Below are positions 47,509-57,205 of a DNA stretch of 64,000 bases, piece by piece. Source of the DNA: Acidobacteriota bacterium (GTDB lineage: Bacteria; Acidobacteriota; CAIWXX01); assembly GCA_040755995.1 (NCBI GenBank), contig JBFMAF010000040.1, positions 64,001-128,000 of the forward strand, given 5' to 3'. Position numbers and translations under genes: made by a program. Each line of letters begins with the position of its first letter. The first letter of the stretch is position 1. Below the pieces are notes generated by a model. The model saw only the letters and a program-made list of their open reading frames with translations, was not told the DNA's origin and did not search any database.

Positions 47509-48656
47509 TGAATCGGATCTACCTCGACCACAACGCGACGACCCGGCCGCATCCTGCGGTGATCCAGGAGATGGTTGACTGCCTTAGGGACGCGTATGGC
47601 AATCCGTCGAGCATCCATGGGTTCGGACAGGATGCCCGGCGAGTCCTCGATCGGGCACGCCAGCGGGTGGCTGCGTCGGTTGGCGCGGAGCCTGAAGAGG
47701 TCGTCTTCACGAGCGGCGGCACCGAGGCCGACAACCACGCGCTCCTCGCCGGTGCACAGTCGCGGTCTTCGCGCGGGAGGCACATCGTCACTTCCGCCAT
47801 CGAGCACGAGGCGGTGCTCAACACCTGCCGGCACCTGGAGAAGGAAGGTTATGAGGTGACATACCTGCCGGTGGATGGCGACGGCCTGATCGATCCCGCG
47901 GCGGTCGCGGCCGAGCTGAGGGCCGATACGATCCTCGTTTCCGTCATGCTCGCCAACAACGACGTCGGCACGATCCAGCCGGTGAAGGAAGTCGCCGCCC
48001 TGGCCCGCGAACGCGAGATCCTCGCCCACAGCGACGCCGTTCAAGCGCTCGGCAAGATCCCCGTCAACGTCCGTGAGCTTGGCGTGGACCTCATGTCGAT
48101 CTCGGCGCACAAGCTGTACGGACCGAAAGGAGCCGGAGCGCTTTTCGTGAGACGCGGCGCGTCGCTCCCGGCGCTTCTCCACGGAGGGCACCACGAGCGG
48201 CAGCGGCGCGCGGGAACCGAGAACGTTCCCGCGATAGCCGGGTTCGGCAAGGCATGCGAGATCGCCCGCGAGCACTGGTACGAACGTAACGAGCGCTCAC
48301 GCCGCCTTCGCGACAGGCTCGAGCGCGGCATCCTCGGCGCCGTCGCAGGGACTCGGCTCAACGGACACGCCGCCAGGCGCCTTCCCAACACGCTCAACGT
48401 CAGCTTCGACGGACTCGATGGAGAGACGCTGCTTCTGAATCTCGATCTGCTGGGCATCGCCGTCTCCACCGGCGCCGCCTGCAGCTCCGAAAGCCGCGCT
48501 CCTTCGCACGTCCTGCTGGCCATGGGAAGGAGCCCCGAAGAAGCGCGCTGCGCGCTGCGCTTCTCGGTCGGTGAGGAGAACGACGAGGAGCAGATCGATG
48601 AGGCGATTGAGGCCGTGAGGCGCGTCGTCGCGAGCATCCGGCCGGGCGAGAGGTAG
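47508..48656 (+). CDS. iscS: Cysteine desulfurase (IscS/NifS type)
   Basis: IYLDHNATT, GNPSS, FTSGGTE, SAHKLYGPKG, RAGTEN, STGAACSS. ATG overlaps the cysK TGA. Confidence 0.93.
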   Translation: MNRIYLDHNATTRPHPAVIQEMVDCLRDAYGNPSSIHGFGQDARRVLDRARQRVAASVGAEPEEVVFTSGGTEADNHALLAGAQSRSSRGRHIVTSAIEHEAVLNTCRHLEKEGYEVTYLPVDGDGLIDPAAVAAELRADTILVSVMLANNDVGTIQPVKEVAALAREREILAHSDAVQALGKIPVNVRELGVDLMSISAHKLYGPKGAGALFVRRGASLPALLHGGHHERQRRAGTENVPAIAGFGKACEIAREHWYERNERSRRLRDRLERGILGAVAGTRLNGHAARRLPNTLNVSFDGLDGETLLLNLDLLGIAVSTGAACSSESRAPSHVLLAMGRSPEEARCALRFSVGEENDEEQIDEAIEAVRRVVASIRPGER

Positions 48657-48661
48657 CGGGC

Positions 48662-49786
48662 GTGGTCGCAGGCGGCAGGCGCGTCGTCGTGGCAATGAGC
48701 GGCGGTGTGGATTCGAGCGTCGCTGCCGCCCTGCTCGCGCGCGAGGGCTGCGATGTCATCGGAGTCACCCTTCAGCTCCGGTCCTGCGACGATCTGGTAG
48801 CGACCCGGTCTTGTTGCGCAGCCGACGGGATCGTACAGGCCCGAAGCGTTGCCGGAACCCTCGGGATCCCACACTACGTGCTCGACTGTCGCGAGGAGTT
48901 CATCGAGCTGGTTCTGCGACGCGCCTGGAACGAGTATTCAACGGGACGTACGCCCAGCCCCTGCCTCCTATGCAACCGCGAGATCAAGTTCGGTCTGCTG
49001 CGCTCGTACGCAGCCAGGATCGGAGCACGATTCGTGGCCACAGGACACTACGCGCGCGCAGTCGACAACGGCCAGGGGATTGTCCTGCAACGCGCGGTGG
49101 ACAGGCGCAAAGACCAGTCGTACTTCCTGAGCACGCTCGACTCCGAGCAGCTCCGCCACGTCATCCTTCCGATCGGCAGTCTCGCCAAGGACGCCGTCCG
49201 GGCAATCGCCCGGGAACTCGGGCTTCCGACGGCCGAGCGCAGCGAGAGCCAGGACGCTTGCTTGATCTCGGACGAGCATGGGCTGGCCGAGACCCTGCGG
49301 CGGCTGTTCGGCGCGCCGTCGTGCCCCGGCCCATTGGCCGGCGCGCGGGGCGAGGTCCTGGGCCGCCACGGCGGAATACACCAATTCACGATCGGCCAGC
49401 GCCGGGGGCTCGGCGTGGCTCTCGGATCGCCCGCCTTTGTCACCGCAATCGACGCCGGCAAGGCGACCGTGGTCGTGTCCACTGATCCACGTGACCTGTA
49501 CGCGGACGGTCTGGGAGCGCGAGACATGCGCTGGCTCGCCGCGCCTCGTCCGCGACTGCTGGCTCAGATACGTTCGACACACGAGGCGGTCCCGGCCCGG
49601 TTGGAAGCTGGCGATGAGGGGGAAGTAGTAATCTGGTTCGATGAGCCGCAGAGGGCCGTCACACCCGGGCAGGCGGTGGCCTTATACGAAGGAGACCAGG
49701 TCCTGGGGGGCGGCTGGATCGACCGAGCGCTCCGAAGGAGCTCGCCGGGTCGATCGGAGGAGTCAACTCATGGCAATCGCTCCTGA
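48662..49786 (+). CDS. mnmA: tRNA-specific 2-thiouridylase
   Basis: AMSGGVDSS, TPSPCLLCN, ATGHYA, KDQSYFL, ESQDAC, TIGQRRGL, AVTPGQ. Confidence 0.95.
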   Translation: MVAGGRRVVVAMSGGVDSSVAAALLAREGCDVIGVTLQLRSCDDLVATRSCCAADGIVQARSVAGTLGIPHYVLDCREEFIELVLRRAWNEYSTGRTPSPCLLCNREIKFGLLRSYAARIGARFVATGHYARAVDNGQGIVLQRAVDRRKDQSYFLSTLDSEQLRHVILPIGSLAKDAVRAIARELGLPTAERSESQDACLISDEHGLAETLRRLFGAPSCPGPLAGARGEVLGRHGGIHQFTIGQRRGLGVALGSPAFVTAIDAGKATVVVSTDPRDLYADGLGARDMRWLAAPRPRLLAQIRSTHEAVPARLEAGDEGEVVIWFDEPQRAVTPGQAVALYEGDQVLGGGWIDRALRRSSPGRSEESTHGNRS

Positions 49787-50792
49787 TCGATACTCGCGGC
49801 AGGTCGTCCTCCCGCAGATCGGAAGCAAGGGTCAGGCGAGGCTGCGCGACGCCAGAGCACTCGTCGTCGGATGCGGCGCGCTTGGATGCATGCAGGGCCA
49901 GCTGCTCGCACGCGCCGGTGTCGGGCAACTTCGGGTCGTCGACCGCGACCTGGTAGAGATCACCAACATCCAGCGGCAGGTGCTCTTCGACGAGGAGGAT
50001 GCTGCATCAGGCCTGCCCAAAGCCGAAGCCGCGGCCAGACACCTCCGCAGGATCAACTCGAGTATCCAGGTAGACAGCCTGGTCGCCGACGTCACCCCGA
50101 GGAACGTCGAGACGCTCATCCGGGATGTCGACGTCGTGCTCGATGCGACCGACAACATGGAGACTCGGTACCTGCTCAACGATGCCTGCGTTAAGCTGGT
50201 GAAACCGTGGATCTACGGCGCGGCGATCGGCTGTTCCGGCGCCGTGATGACGATTCAGCCCGGAGCCGGCCCGTGCCTGCGCTGCCTGGCTCCGGAGCCG
50301 CCGCCGCCGGGAACCCTTGCCACGTGCGATTTGGCCGGCGTGCTCAACGCGGCCCCTGCGCTGGTCGCGTCGTTGCAGGTGGCGGAAGCCATTCGACTGC
50401 TCGTGGGAGACCCCGCGGCGATCCCCAAGATGACGGAGGTAGAGCTCTGGGATCAATCGTTCGGTCGAATCGAGGTCAAGCAGGACCCGGAGTGTCGCTG
50501 CTGCGGCGAGCATCTGTACGAGTTTCTCAGCGCGCAGGAGACGTCGGCTGCAACGACACTCTGCGGCCGGAACGCCGTCCAGGTGACGCCGGCACGGGCC
50601 GGGCCGATTCCACTCGACGCCCTCGCCGAGCAGCTCAAGGAACTGGGCGAGGTCAGCAATAATGGTCTCCTGGTGCAGTTTCGGATCGGAGCGCACGACC
50701 TCGTGATCTTCCCCGACGGAAGGGCGATCGTTCGCGGGACGGATGACACGGCGGTTGCGCGCTCCCTCTACGCGCGTTTCATCGGCGGCTGA
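49770..50792 (+). CDS. ThiF/MoeB family adenylyltransferase
   Basis: RYSRQ, VVGCGALG, DRDLVEITNIQRQ, DATDN, PCLRC...CRCC; GGAGG RBS. Confidence 0.92.
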   Translation: MAIAPDRYSRQVVLPQIGSKGQARLRDARALVVGCGALGCMQGQLLARAGVGQLRVVDRDLVEITNIQRQVLFDEEDAASGLPKAEAAARHLRRINSSIQVDSLVADVTPRNVETLIRDVDVVLDATDNMETRYLLNDACVKLVKPWIYGAAIGCSGAVMTIQPGAGPCLRCLAPEPPPPGTLATCDLAGVLNAAPALVASLQVAEAIRLLVGDPAAIPKMTEVELWDQSFGRIEVKQDPECRCCGEHLYEFLSAQETSAATTLCGRNAVQVTPARAGPIPLDALAEQLKELGEVSNNGLLVQFRIGAHDLVIFPDGRAIVRGTDDTAVARSLYARFIGG

Positions 50793-50928
50793 CGGCCTGG
50801 TCCGGCCGCCGGGTCGCATCCGCGACACGGGTCTGCAGCCCTTCACCGCGTCCCCGTGTCATCGAGTCTTCGTGTTGCATCCCAGTGCGCCTCGCTGGTA
50901 TCGTCTCCATTGCAGGAGGCGATCGTTC

Positions 50929-50957
50929 TTGACCCCTCCTTCGGGCTGATGTATCAT
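50929..50957 (+). promoter_or_regulatory. Sigma70-type promoter
   Basis: TTGACC, 17 nt, TATCAT, upstream of gene 51022. Confidence 0.6.
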
Positions 50958-51021
50958 CCGCCCGTCAGTTTCCAATCATGCATCGCGAAGAATAGGACAA
51001 CTCAGGAGAGGAGGAAAGTCC

Positions 51022-51501
51022 ATGGAGACAGTTTTTCGAACGTCTCGTTGGCCGATCTTGTGCCTCGTGATCGGCATCGCCCTGGGACTCTGTGGGGTGG
51101 TCCTGGCAGATGACAACGAGAAGGGTGCGCCCCAAGAACAGACGGGGCAGCCGGCAGCGGTGCCATCGGAGTCTCAGCCCGGATCATTGAACGGTGCGGT
51201 GGCTGCCATCGACGATGAAACCGGCGAGCTGAGAGCGCCTACTGCCGAGGAGATGAAGCAGCTCGATGAGCAGTGGGAGAAGTTCCTTAGGAGCGCGTTC
51301 CCGAATCGTCCCAGTCAGAAACCCTTCATAGGGCGTGACGGCCGGAGCATGGGAGTTCTTTGCGGGCCCGAGAGTCTCGAATTCTCGGTGGCCACGATAG
51401 GACCGGACGGGAAGCTGCGAATCGACCATGTCACCGGTGCAGAACAGGCGAAGGAGATCATGACGAATACCGTGACATCCAAGCAGGATGACGAGCGGTA
51501 G
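51022..51501 (+). CDS. Small secreted protein (post-PEP-CTERM-1-like domain)
   Basis: Signal peptide; IDDETGELRAPTAEE...FSVATIGPDGKL pattern; co-transcribed with the protease. Confidence 0.7.
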   Translation: METVFRTSRWPILCLVIGIALGLCGVVLADDNEKGAPQEQTGQPAAVPSESQPGSLNGAVAAIDDETGELRAPTAEEMKQLDEQWEKFLRSAFPNRPSQKPFIGRDGRSMGVLCGPESLEFSVATIGPDGKLRIDHVTGAEQAKEIMTNTVTSKQDDER

Positions 51502-51513
51502 GAGGGGACCACC

Positions 51514-52950
51514 ATGAGGAAATCATTCTCTCTTTTCTTCCCAGTAGTCCTGGTTGCCTCCATCCTGTTGACGGCAGATCTCGCCAATGCGACCAGAATC
51601 ATCTTCAACTACGTCGATCCACCCGGGGTCGGTTTCAACGATGCGACTGCGGCCACACCCGTTGGCGGGAACAGGGGCAGGACGATTGGCGAGCAGCGGA
51701 AGAACGTCTTCCAGTTCGCGGCCAGAATGTGGGGCAGGCAGATCAAGAGTAATGTCGACATCACGGTAACGACCGGCTGGCCCACTTTGTTCTGCAATGC
51801 CGGCTCAGCAGTTCTCGGCTCCTCTGGTGCCATCAGCATCTGGTGGGGCTTCCCCAACGCCGCACGAGTCGACAGAAACTACAACGCGGCCCTCGCAAAC
51901 GCCCTGGCTCGCTACGACCTCTCGCCGGGACCGCCTGACACCACCTACGGCGTTCCTGGCAATGACGAGTACCTTGTCTACCTGAATCCCAATATCGGCC
52001 AGCCGACATGTCTTGCTGGGTCTGGATGGTACTACGGCCTGGACCACAACGAGCCTGCAGGCAAGATCGACCTGCTTGCGACCTGCATGCACGAGTTCGC
52101 CCATGGCCTTGGATGGCAGGCGCAGTTCAGAACCAGCCTCAATGACTTCTACGGCGCCCCCCCGAGCATCTACTCGGTCTACATGTGGGACAACACCTTG
52201 GGCATGACCTTCGACAACATGACTCCCGCCCAGCGCGGCGTGTCGAAGGTAAACACTGACAAGCTCGTGTGGATCGGCAGCAACGTCACTTCCCAGGTTC
52301 CAGCGAATCTCGGCCCGCGACCCATGCTGACCGTCAATTCGCCCGCAGGTATTGCCGGCGCTTACGATGTCCAGACCGCCAGTTTCGGGCCGGCACTCAC
52401 CATCGCAGGCTTGACCGGGAACGTGGTCCTTGTCAACGACGGCACCGGTACCCCCACTTACGCGTGCAGCCCCCTCGTCAATGGACCGCAGGTCGCGGGC
52501 AACATCGCCTTGATCGACCGCGGCACCTGCACTTTCACCACCAAGGTTAAGAACGCGCAGAACGCGGGCGCCATTGGTGCAATCGTCGTGAACAACGTCG
52601 CAAGCGGATTTCCTGGAATGGGCGGCACCGATCCAACGATCACGATCCCTTCCGTGGGAGTTACGCTGGCCACCGGCAACCTGATCAAGGCCAACCTGGC
52701 GACAGGGGTCAACGCAACCATGGCGCTCAATCCGGCCTTCCTCGCGGGCGCCGACAACTCCGGCCGCGTGCTCCTCTACGCGCCGAATCCATATGCGAGC
52801 GGGTCATCCCTTTCGCACTACGACACGAAGTGTACGCCGAACCTGCTCATGGAGCCGTCCATCAATGCGGATCTCCACCCCCGCACTACCTGGGACCTCA
52901 CGATTGTGCTCATGAGGGATATCGGCTGGAAGACTCGCGGGACGAAGTAG
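51514..52950 (+). CDS. Secreted zinc metallopeptidase with protease-associated (PA) domain
   Basis: Signal peptide, HEFAHGLG, PA domain IALIDRGTCTFTTKVKNAQNAGAIGAIVVNN, GSSLSHYD, LLMEP. Confidence 0.88.
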   Translation: MRKSFSLFFPVVLVASILLTADLANATRIIFNYVDPPGVGFNDATAATPVGGNRGRTIGEQRKNVFQFAARMWGRQIKSNVDITVTTGWPTLFCNAGSAVLGSSGAISIWWGFPNAARVDRNYNAALANALARYDLSPGPPDTTYGVPGNDEYLVYLNPNIGQPTCLAGSGWYYGLDHNEPAGKIDLLATCMHEFAHGLGWQAQFRTSLNDFYGAPPSIYSVYMWDNTLGMTFDNMTPAQRGVSKVNTDKLVWIGSNVTSQVPANLGPRPMLTVNSPAGIAGAYDVQTASFGPALTIAGLTGNVVLVNDGTGTPTYACSPLVNGPQVAGNIALIDRGTCTFTTKVKNAQNAGAIGAIVVNNVASGFPGMGGTDPTITIPSVGVTLATGNLIKANLATGVNATMALNPAFLAGADNSGRVLLYAPNPYASGSSLSHYDTKCTPNLLMEPSINADLHPRTTWDLTIVLMRDIGWKTRGTK

Positions 52951-53095
52951 GGGCCTCGGGTCACTACCTTCTCTCAGCAGTCTGGCAATCGATCCAGGTC
53001 ACCGGGCGCGGATCCGGCCGCGCCCGGTGATTGCATCTCGAGCCGCTCTCCGGCGGAGCCGATTGGTCGCGCACGGCGTGCGCGCCTCGCGGGCC

Positions 53096-55324
53096 TCACC
53101 GGCCGCTGCGCGTCCTTCTCGGCTCTCCTTCGTACTTGGCCTCGGCTCCGGCAGACTGCGCCACGCCCGCCAGCAATTTCTTGAACTCCGGCAGCGCGCG
53201 CAGCGGGTCGAGGTCCCGATCCTCCCGTAGCAGGCCCTCGCTCTGCAGCCCCCGCTTCACCGATTCCGCGAGAGACCCCATGGCCCTAGCGATGTCGCCC
53301 GAAGCGGCCTCGAGGCAGGCCAGGTTGTACGGCGGGATCCACGAGTCGGGACGTATCTCGCCCGCCCTCTCGAAGTACCTCCGTGCCCCCGCCCTGTCGC
53401 CGATGCGCCTGGCGCAGTTGCCGGCCTGGATCGTGGCCTGGAAGTCGCCCGGCAGAATGCCGAGCGCCTTCTTGTAGAATTCCAGGGCTTCGCCGAATTT
53501 GCTACGTTCGTAGTAAAGATCACCGAGAAGGCGCTGGGTGCGCGGAAAGGCGGGATCGGCGTCCGTGGCCTTGGCGTACCAGGCCTTGGCTGCCTCGTCG
53601 TTGCCTCGCAACGTCTCGATGAACCCGATGTTGGCCATGGCCTCGACGAAGCTCCCGTTGATCTCGATCCCCTGCTTGAAGAACCGTTCAGCCTCGGCCA
53701 GGTCACCCTCGGCCAGGGCAATCCCGCCCAGCGTCCCGTAGACCCTGAACTGCCCGGGGTCGTCGGCAAGCAGTCTGAGGTACTGCGCGCGCGCCTCCTC
53801 GAAACGGCCCTGGCGCAGGAGGCACAGACCCAAGACGCCTCGCGCCGATATGTGCTCCGGGATGACATCGAGGATCTCCCTCAAGAGCCGCTCGGCCTCG
53901 GCCCATTCTCTTTGCTGGGCCAGATGCCGGGCATCCTCCAGCTTGTTGTAGATCCCTATGCCGTCCTTCGGGTCCATCCCGCCCATGCTCTTACGCTCGC
54001 CGGCCGAGGCCAGGTAGCCGAGCGATCTGAGCATCTCCTCGGTCTCACGATCCATCGGACTCTCCTCGGTGCGGACGGCGAATCGGCGGCAGTCGTCGAT
54101 GAGAGCCTGCAAGGCGCCGTCGAGCTGCTTCGAACGAGACTGCTCGGCAGCGCAAAGGTTGTGCAGCTCGCCCTGGTCTCTTCTGTAGTCGTAGAGCTCA
54201 GGCTTGGGCGCGCGTATCCACTTGTATCCGTCAAGCCGCACCCCGTAGAGAGGCGCCATCCCGAATCCGACTTCCGAGAGCAGCGACTCGCAGTACTGCG
54301 GGAGCACCGGAGCGGCGCTCTTGCCCTGGAACGCGCCGATGAGGTTTACTCCCTGTGTCTCCCCGCCACCCGGCAGTCGCAACATCCCGAGCATCGTTGG
54401 AATGATGTCGACCGTGCGAACTGAGCCGCGGTAGAGCGTGCCGGCTGCAAGCAGCGCCGGATACCTGAGGATCAGCGGTATCCGGATCGTAGCATCGTAG
54501 ATGAACAGCGCGTGCGTCTTCTCCTGGTGCTCCCCCAGGCTCTCGCCGTGGTCCGCGCAGAGAACGACGAGCGTCTGGTCCAGAATCCCTCGTCTGCGCA
54601 GGTCTGCCACGATTTTGCCAACAGCCTCGTCTGCGGCTGCGATCTCCCCATCGTACGGCGTAGGGCAGAGCACGCGGAACTTCGCCGGCGGTTCGCACGG
54701 CTGGTGCGGATCGAACAGGTGGACCCAGAGAAAGAACCGCCTGCGGTCCGGGCGGGCGCTCCAGCGCTCCAGCCACTTCAGCACCCTGTCCGCGGTCCTC
54801 CAGGCCGGCCTGTCGCGGATCATGAACAGCTTCGGCTGATCCTCGCTCCATAGATCGTCGTCGTACCCGTCGAATCCCTGGTCGAGGTTGTACCGTTCAT
54901 CGAGCACCATGGCGGAAACGAATGCCTGCGTGTCGTACCCGGCTGCCTTGAGGCGCTCGGCGAGCGTGACCGCCTCGTCCCCGAGCGCGTAGGCACCGTT
55001 GTCTCGAACGCCGTGCGCGGGAGGAAGAACGCCGGTAAGAATCGTCGCGTGAGACGGGAGGGTGATCGGAGCGGCGGTCGATGCATTGGTGCACCGAACC
55101 CCTTCTGCTGCGAGAGCATCGATGGCCGGAGTCCGCGCGAGGCCGTACCCGTAGCAGCCGAGATGGTCCGCCCTCGTAGTGTCTACGGTGATCAAGAGTA
55201 CATTGGGCTGCGGCGGCCGCCTGCAGGCTGATAGCCCGCCGAGCTGTGCCAGCAAGAGGGCGATGAACGCCGGCCCGCGGGCGCACCAGGGGCCTCCTTT
55301 GCCACCCGCTCTCCGATCCGCCAT
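53096..55324 (-). CDS. Sulfatase-like hydrolase with C-terminal TPR repeats (probable lipoprotein)
   Basis: LSAC lipobox, NVLLITVDTTRAD, PITLPSH, FDPH, ADHGE, then several TPR repeats. Confidence 0.9.
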   Translation of the reverse strand: MADRRAGGKGGPWCARGPAFIALLLAQLGGLSACRRPPQPNVLLITVDTTRADHLGCYGYGLARTPAIDALAAEGVRCTNASTAAPITLPSHATILTGVLPPAHGVRDNGAYALGDEAVTLAERLKAAGYDTQAFVSAMVLDERYNLDQGFDGYDDDLWSEDQPKLFMIRDRPAWRTADRVLKWLERWSARPDRRRFFLWVHLFDPHQPCEPPAKFRVLCPTPYDGEIAAADEAVGKIVADLRRRGILDQTLVVLCADHGESLGEHQEKTHALFIYDATIRIPLILRYPALLAAGTLYRGSVRTVDIIPTMLGMLRLPGGGETQGVNLIGAFQGKSAAPVLPQYCESLLSEVGFGMAPLYGVRLDGYKWIRAPKPELYDYRRDQGELHNLCAAEQSRSKQLDGALQALIDDCRRFAVRTEESPMDRETEEMLRSLGYLASAGERKSMGGMDPKDGIGIYNKLEDARHLAQQREWAEAERLLREILDVIPEHISARGVLGLCLLRQGRFEEARAQYLRLLADDPGQFRVYGTLGGIALAEGDLAEAERFFKQGIEINGSFVEAMANIGFIETLRGNDEAAKAWYAKATDADPAFPRTQRLLGDLYYERSKFGEALEFYKKALGILPGDFQATIQAGNCARRIGDRAGARRYFERAGEIRPDSWIPPYNLACLEAASGDIARAMGSLAESVKRGLQSEGLLREDRDLDPLRALPEFKKLLAGVAQSAGAEAKYEGEPRRTRSGR

Positions 55325-55419
55325 GTATGAGTGCCCGATCAACGCCCATGATAGTCCGCGTGGGCCCGAGGTATCAAGGCCGTCAGTAGAACTCTAGACC
55401 AGCGGCATCGCCTTGCACT

Positions 55420-55466
55420 CGTGATCGTGCCCACGGACCGTGCCCGTACCCGTTCGCGTACCCGAG
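55420..55466. repeat. Degenerate hexamer array (cgtgat cgtgcc cacgga c cgtgcc cgtacc cgttcg cgtacc cgag)
   Basis: Period-6 pattern in a divergent intergenic region. Confidence 0.55.
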
Positions 55467-55686
55467 TCAGATTTCGGGAAAGGATACCGGTACGACTCGT
55501 AAGCAGCGGTCGGGCCCTCCCCCAGTTCCGTTAGGCGCCCGGGTAGGGGCGAGAGCGCGAGAGAATGCGCTTGCCCCATCACCGGAAGCTATGATAGTTT
55601 AGCCCGGCTATTGAGGTGCTCTGCACGTGACGCGTCCGTTCGATTTCAGATGCGACAGGCAAGCGAACCAACCAACAGGAGGGACT

Positions 55687-57036
55687 GTGTTCAGATCAAG
55701 AACGATGATCACATGTGCTGCCTTGCTCTCTCTGGCAGCATGGCTGAACGCCGATGTTTCGATTACGGACAGCACGGTCTGGAAGAGAGGAGTAGCCCAG
55801 CGCGGACATGAGGGTGGCAAGGGCAAGGGTGCCGGGGATTGGAATCTGGTCGACGCTTCGGGGCTGGAGTGGTTCGTCAACACCAACATGGTGGCTGCCA
55901 CCTCGAACTCGGCTTCCGGGGCCGCCAGTGAGGCGAACTACACAAAGGCAGTGACCGCCACGACTTCCGCAGGCGGCACTTCCTACACCACGCTCACCGA
56001 TGCCTTCGACGGATACAACAACGTCTGGGTGAAGATCGATGGGGCTGCGACCTGGTCATATTACTACAATACGGGCACTCCCACGTTCGAAGCCAGCGGG
56101 CGTCAGGCGGTATTCAACTGGCAGACGATCGACGGGGTCGGGATCAGCCGGAAAGTGTACATTCCGGCGGACGACGAGTTCTGCCGCTGGCTCAACATCT
56201 TCACTAACACGACCACTGCCGCCAACTCGTCTGCCCCGGCGGCCACCAAGACGGTGCTTCTCCGGATTTACGGCAACCTCGGCTCCAACGGCAAGACGCT
56301 CATCACAGGCACGTCGAACGGCGATCTGACGGCCGACGTGAGCGACCTGTGGGTGGCTTCGATGGAGAACTACGACGCCTTCGGGCTGTCTCCGGATCCG
56401 CGCCTCGGGCACGTACTGGCCGGTGTCGGCGGCGCGATCGGCGTTTCCGGGATTTCTTTCGTGAACGGGAATGGTCAGCCGTACTGGGAGTATCAGTTCA
56501 CTCTCGCGCCGGGCGAGACCGCCATCATCATGAACTTCTGCACCGGGCAGCCCAACAAGACCGACGCTGCTGCGAAGGCAGCCGAGTTGAGCGGCTCGGA
56601 CGGCGGCCAGGCGGGCAAGGCATTCGACAACATGACCGATACCGAAAGAACGCAGGTCATCAATTTCGACGCCTCGGTCCGTCTCGCCGATCTCGCGCCT
56701 CAGCGCCGATGGACGACGCAGGCTTTCTCCTATCCCACGTATACGACCGTGACCACGAGGTTCAGGATCTGGAACACGGGCCGAGGGACCGCAGGGCCGT
56801 TCAGAGTTGCCGTATTCCTCTCACAGGATGCGGTACTCGGAGCCGGCGACAAGCTGGTCCACACGCAAGATGTCGGGGGCGTGAGCAGGGGAGTGTCGGA
56901 GTCCATCAGGGTCAAGTTCAGGAGCGATCACCCGGTCTACGGATGGTACCTCATCGGGTTCGCCGATACTCAGTATGCAGTGCCGGAAGAAGACGAGACG
57001 AACAACATAGTAGCCAACAAGATACGCAAGCGCTAG
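55687..57036 (+). CDS. Secreted protein with C-terminal CARDB-like domain
   Basis: AGGAGG RBS with GTG start; signal peptide; DAFDGY, GNLGS; tail FRVAVFLSQD...YLIGFADTQYAVPEEDETNN. Confidence 0.8.
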   Translation: MFRSRTMITCAALLSLAAWLNADVSITDSTVWKRGVAQRGHEGGKGKGAGDWNLVDASGLEWFVNTNMVAATSNSASGAASEANYTKAVTATTSAGGTSYTTLTDAFDGYNNVWVKIDGAATWSYYYNTGTPTFEASGRQAVFNWQTIDGVGISRKVYIPADDEFCRWLNIFTNTTTAANSSAPAATKTVLLRIYGNLGSNGKTLITGTSNGDLTADVSDLWVASMENYDAFGLSPDPRLGHVLAGVGGAIGVSGISFVNGNGQPYWEYQFTLAPGETAIIMNFCTGQPNKTDAAAKAAELSGSDGGQAGKAFDNMTDTERTQVINFDASVRLADLAPQRRWTTQAFSYPTYTTVTTRFRIWNTGRGTAGPFRVAVFLSQDAVLGAGDKLVHTQDVGGVSRGVSESIRVKFRSDHPVYGWYLIGFADTQYAVPEEDETNNIVANKIRKR

Positions 57037-57053
57037 CTCGCCATCTGATTCAG

Positions 57054-57101
57054 GCCGGTGAGTGGGGCGAGGCTGTGGCCTCTCCCCATTCAGCGGCTTT
57101 T
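57054..57101 (+). terminator. Probable intrinsic terminator
   Basis: Hairpin gccggtgagtggggcgaggc-tgtg-gcctctccccattcagcggc followed by TTTT, 17 nt after the stop codon. Confidence 0.65.
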
Positions 57102-57171
57102 CCTCTGGCTCACGATCCCACCTGCGACCCACCCATCGGCCAATCTGCAACAGGGGGCCGCGCGATCTCGA

Positions 57172-57200
57172 TTGACCCCGGCTGCCTCGGCCGGTAGAAT
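57172..57200 (+). promoter_or_regulatory. Sigma70-type promoter
   Basis: TTGACC, 17 nt, TAGAAT. Confidence 0.65.
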
Positions 57201-57205
57201 CATGA

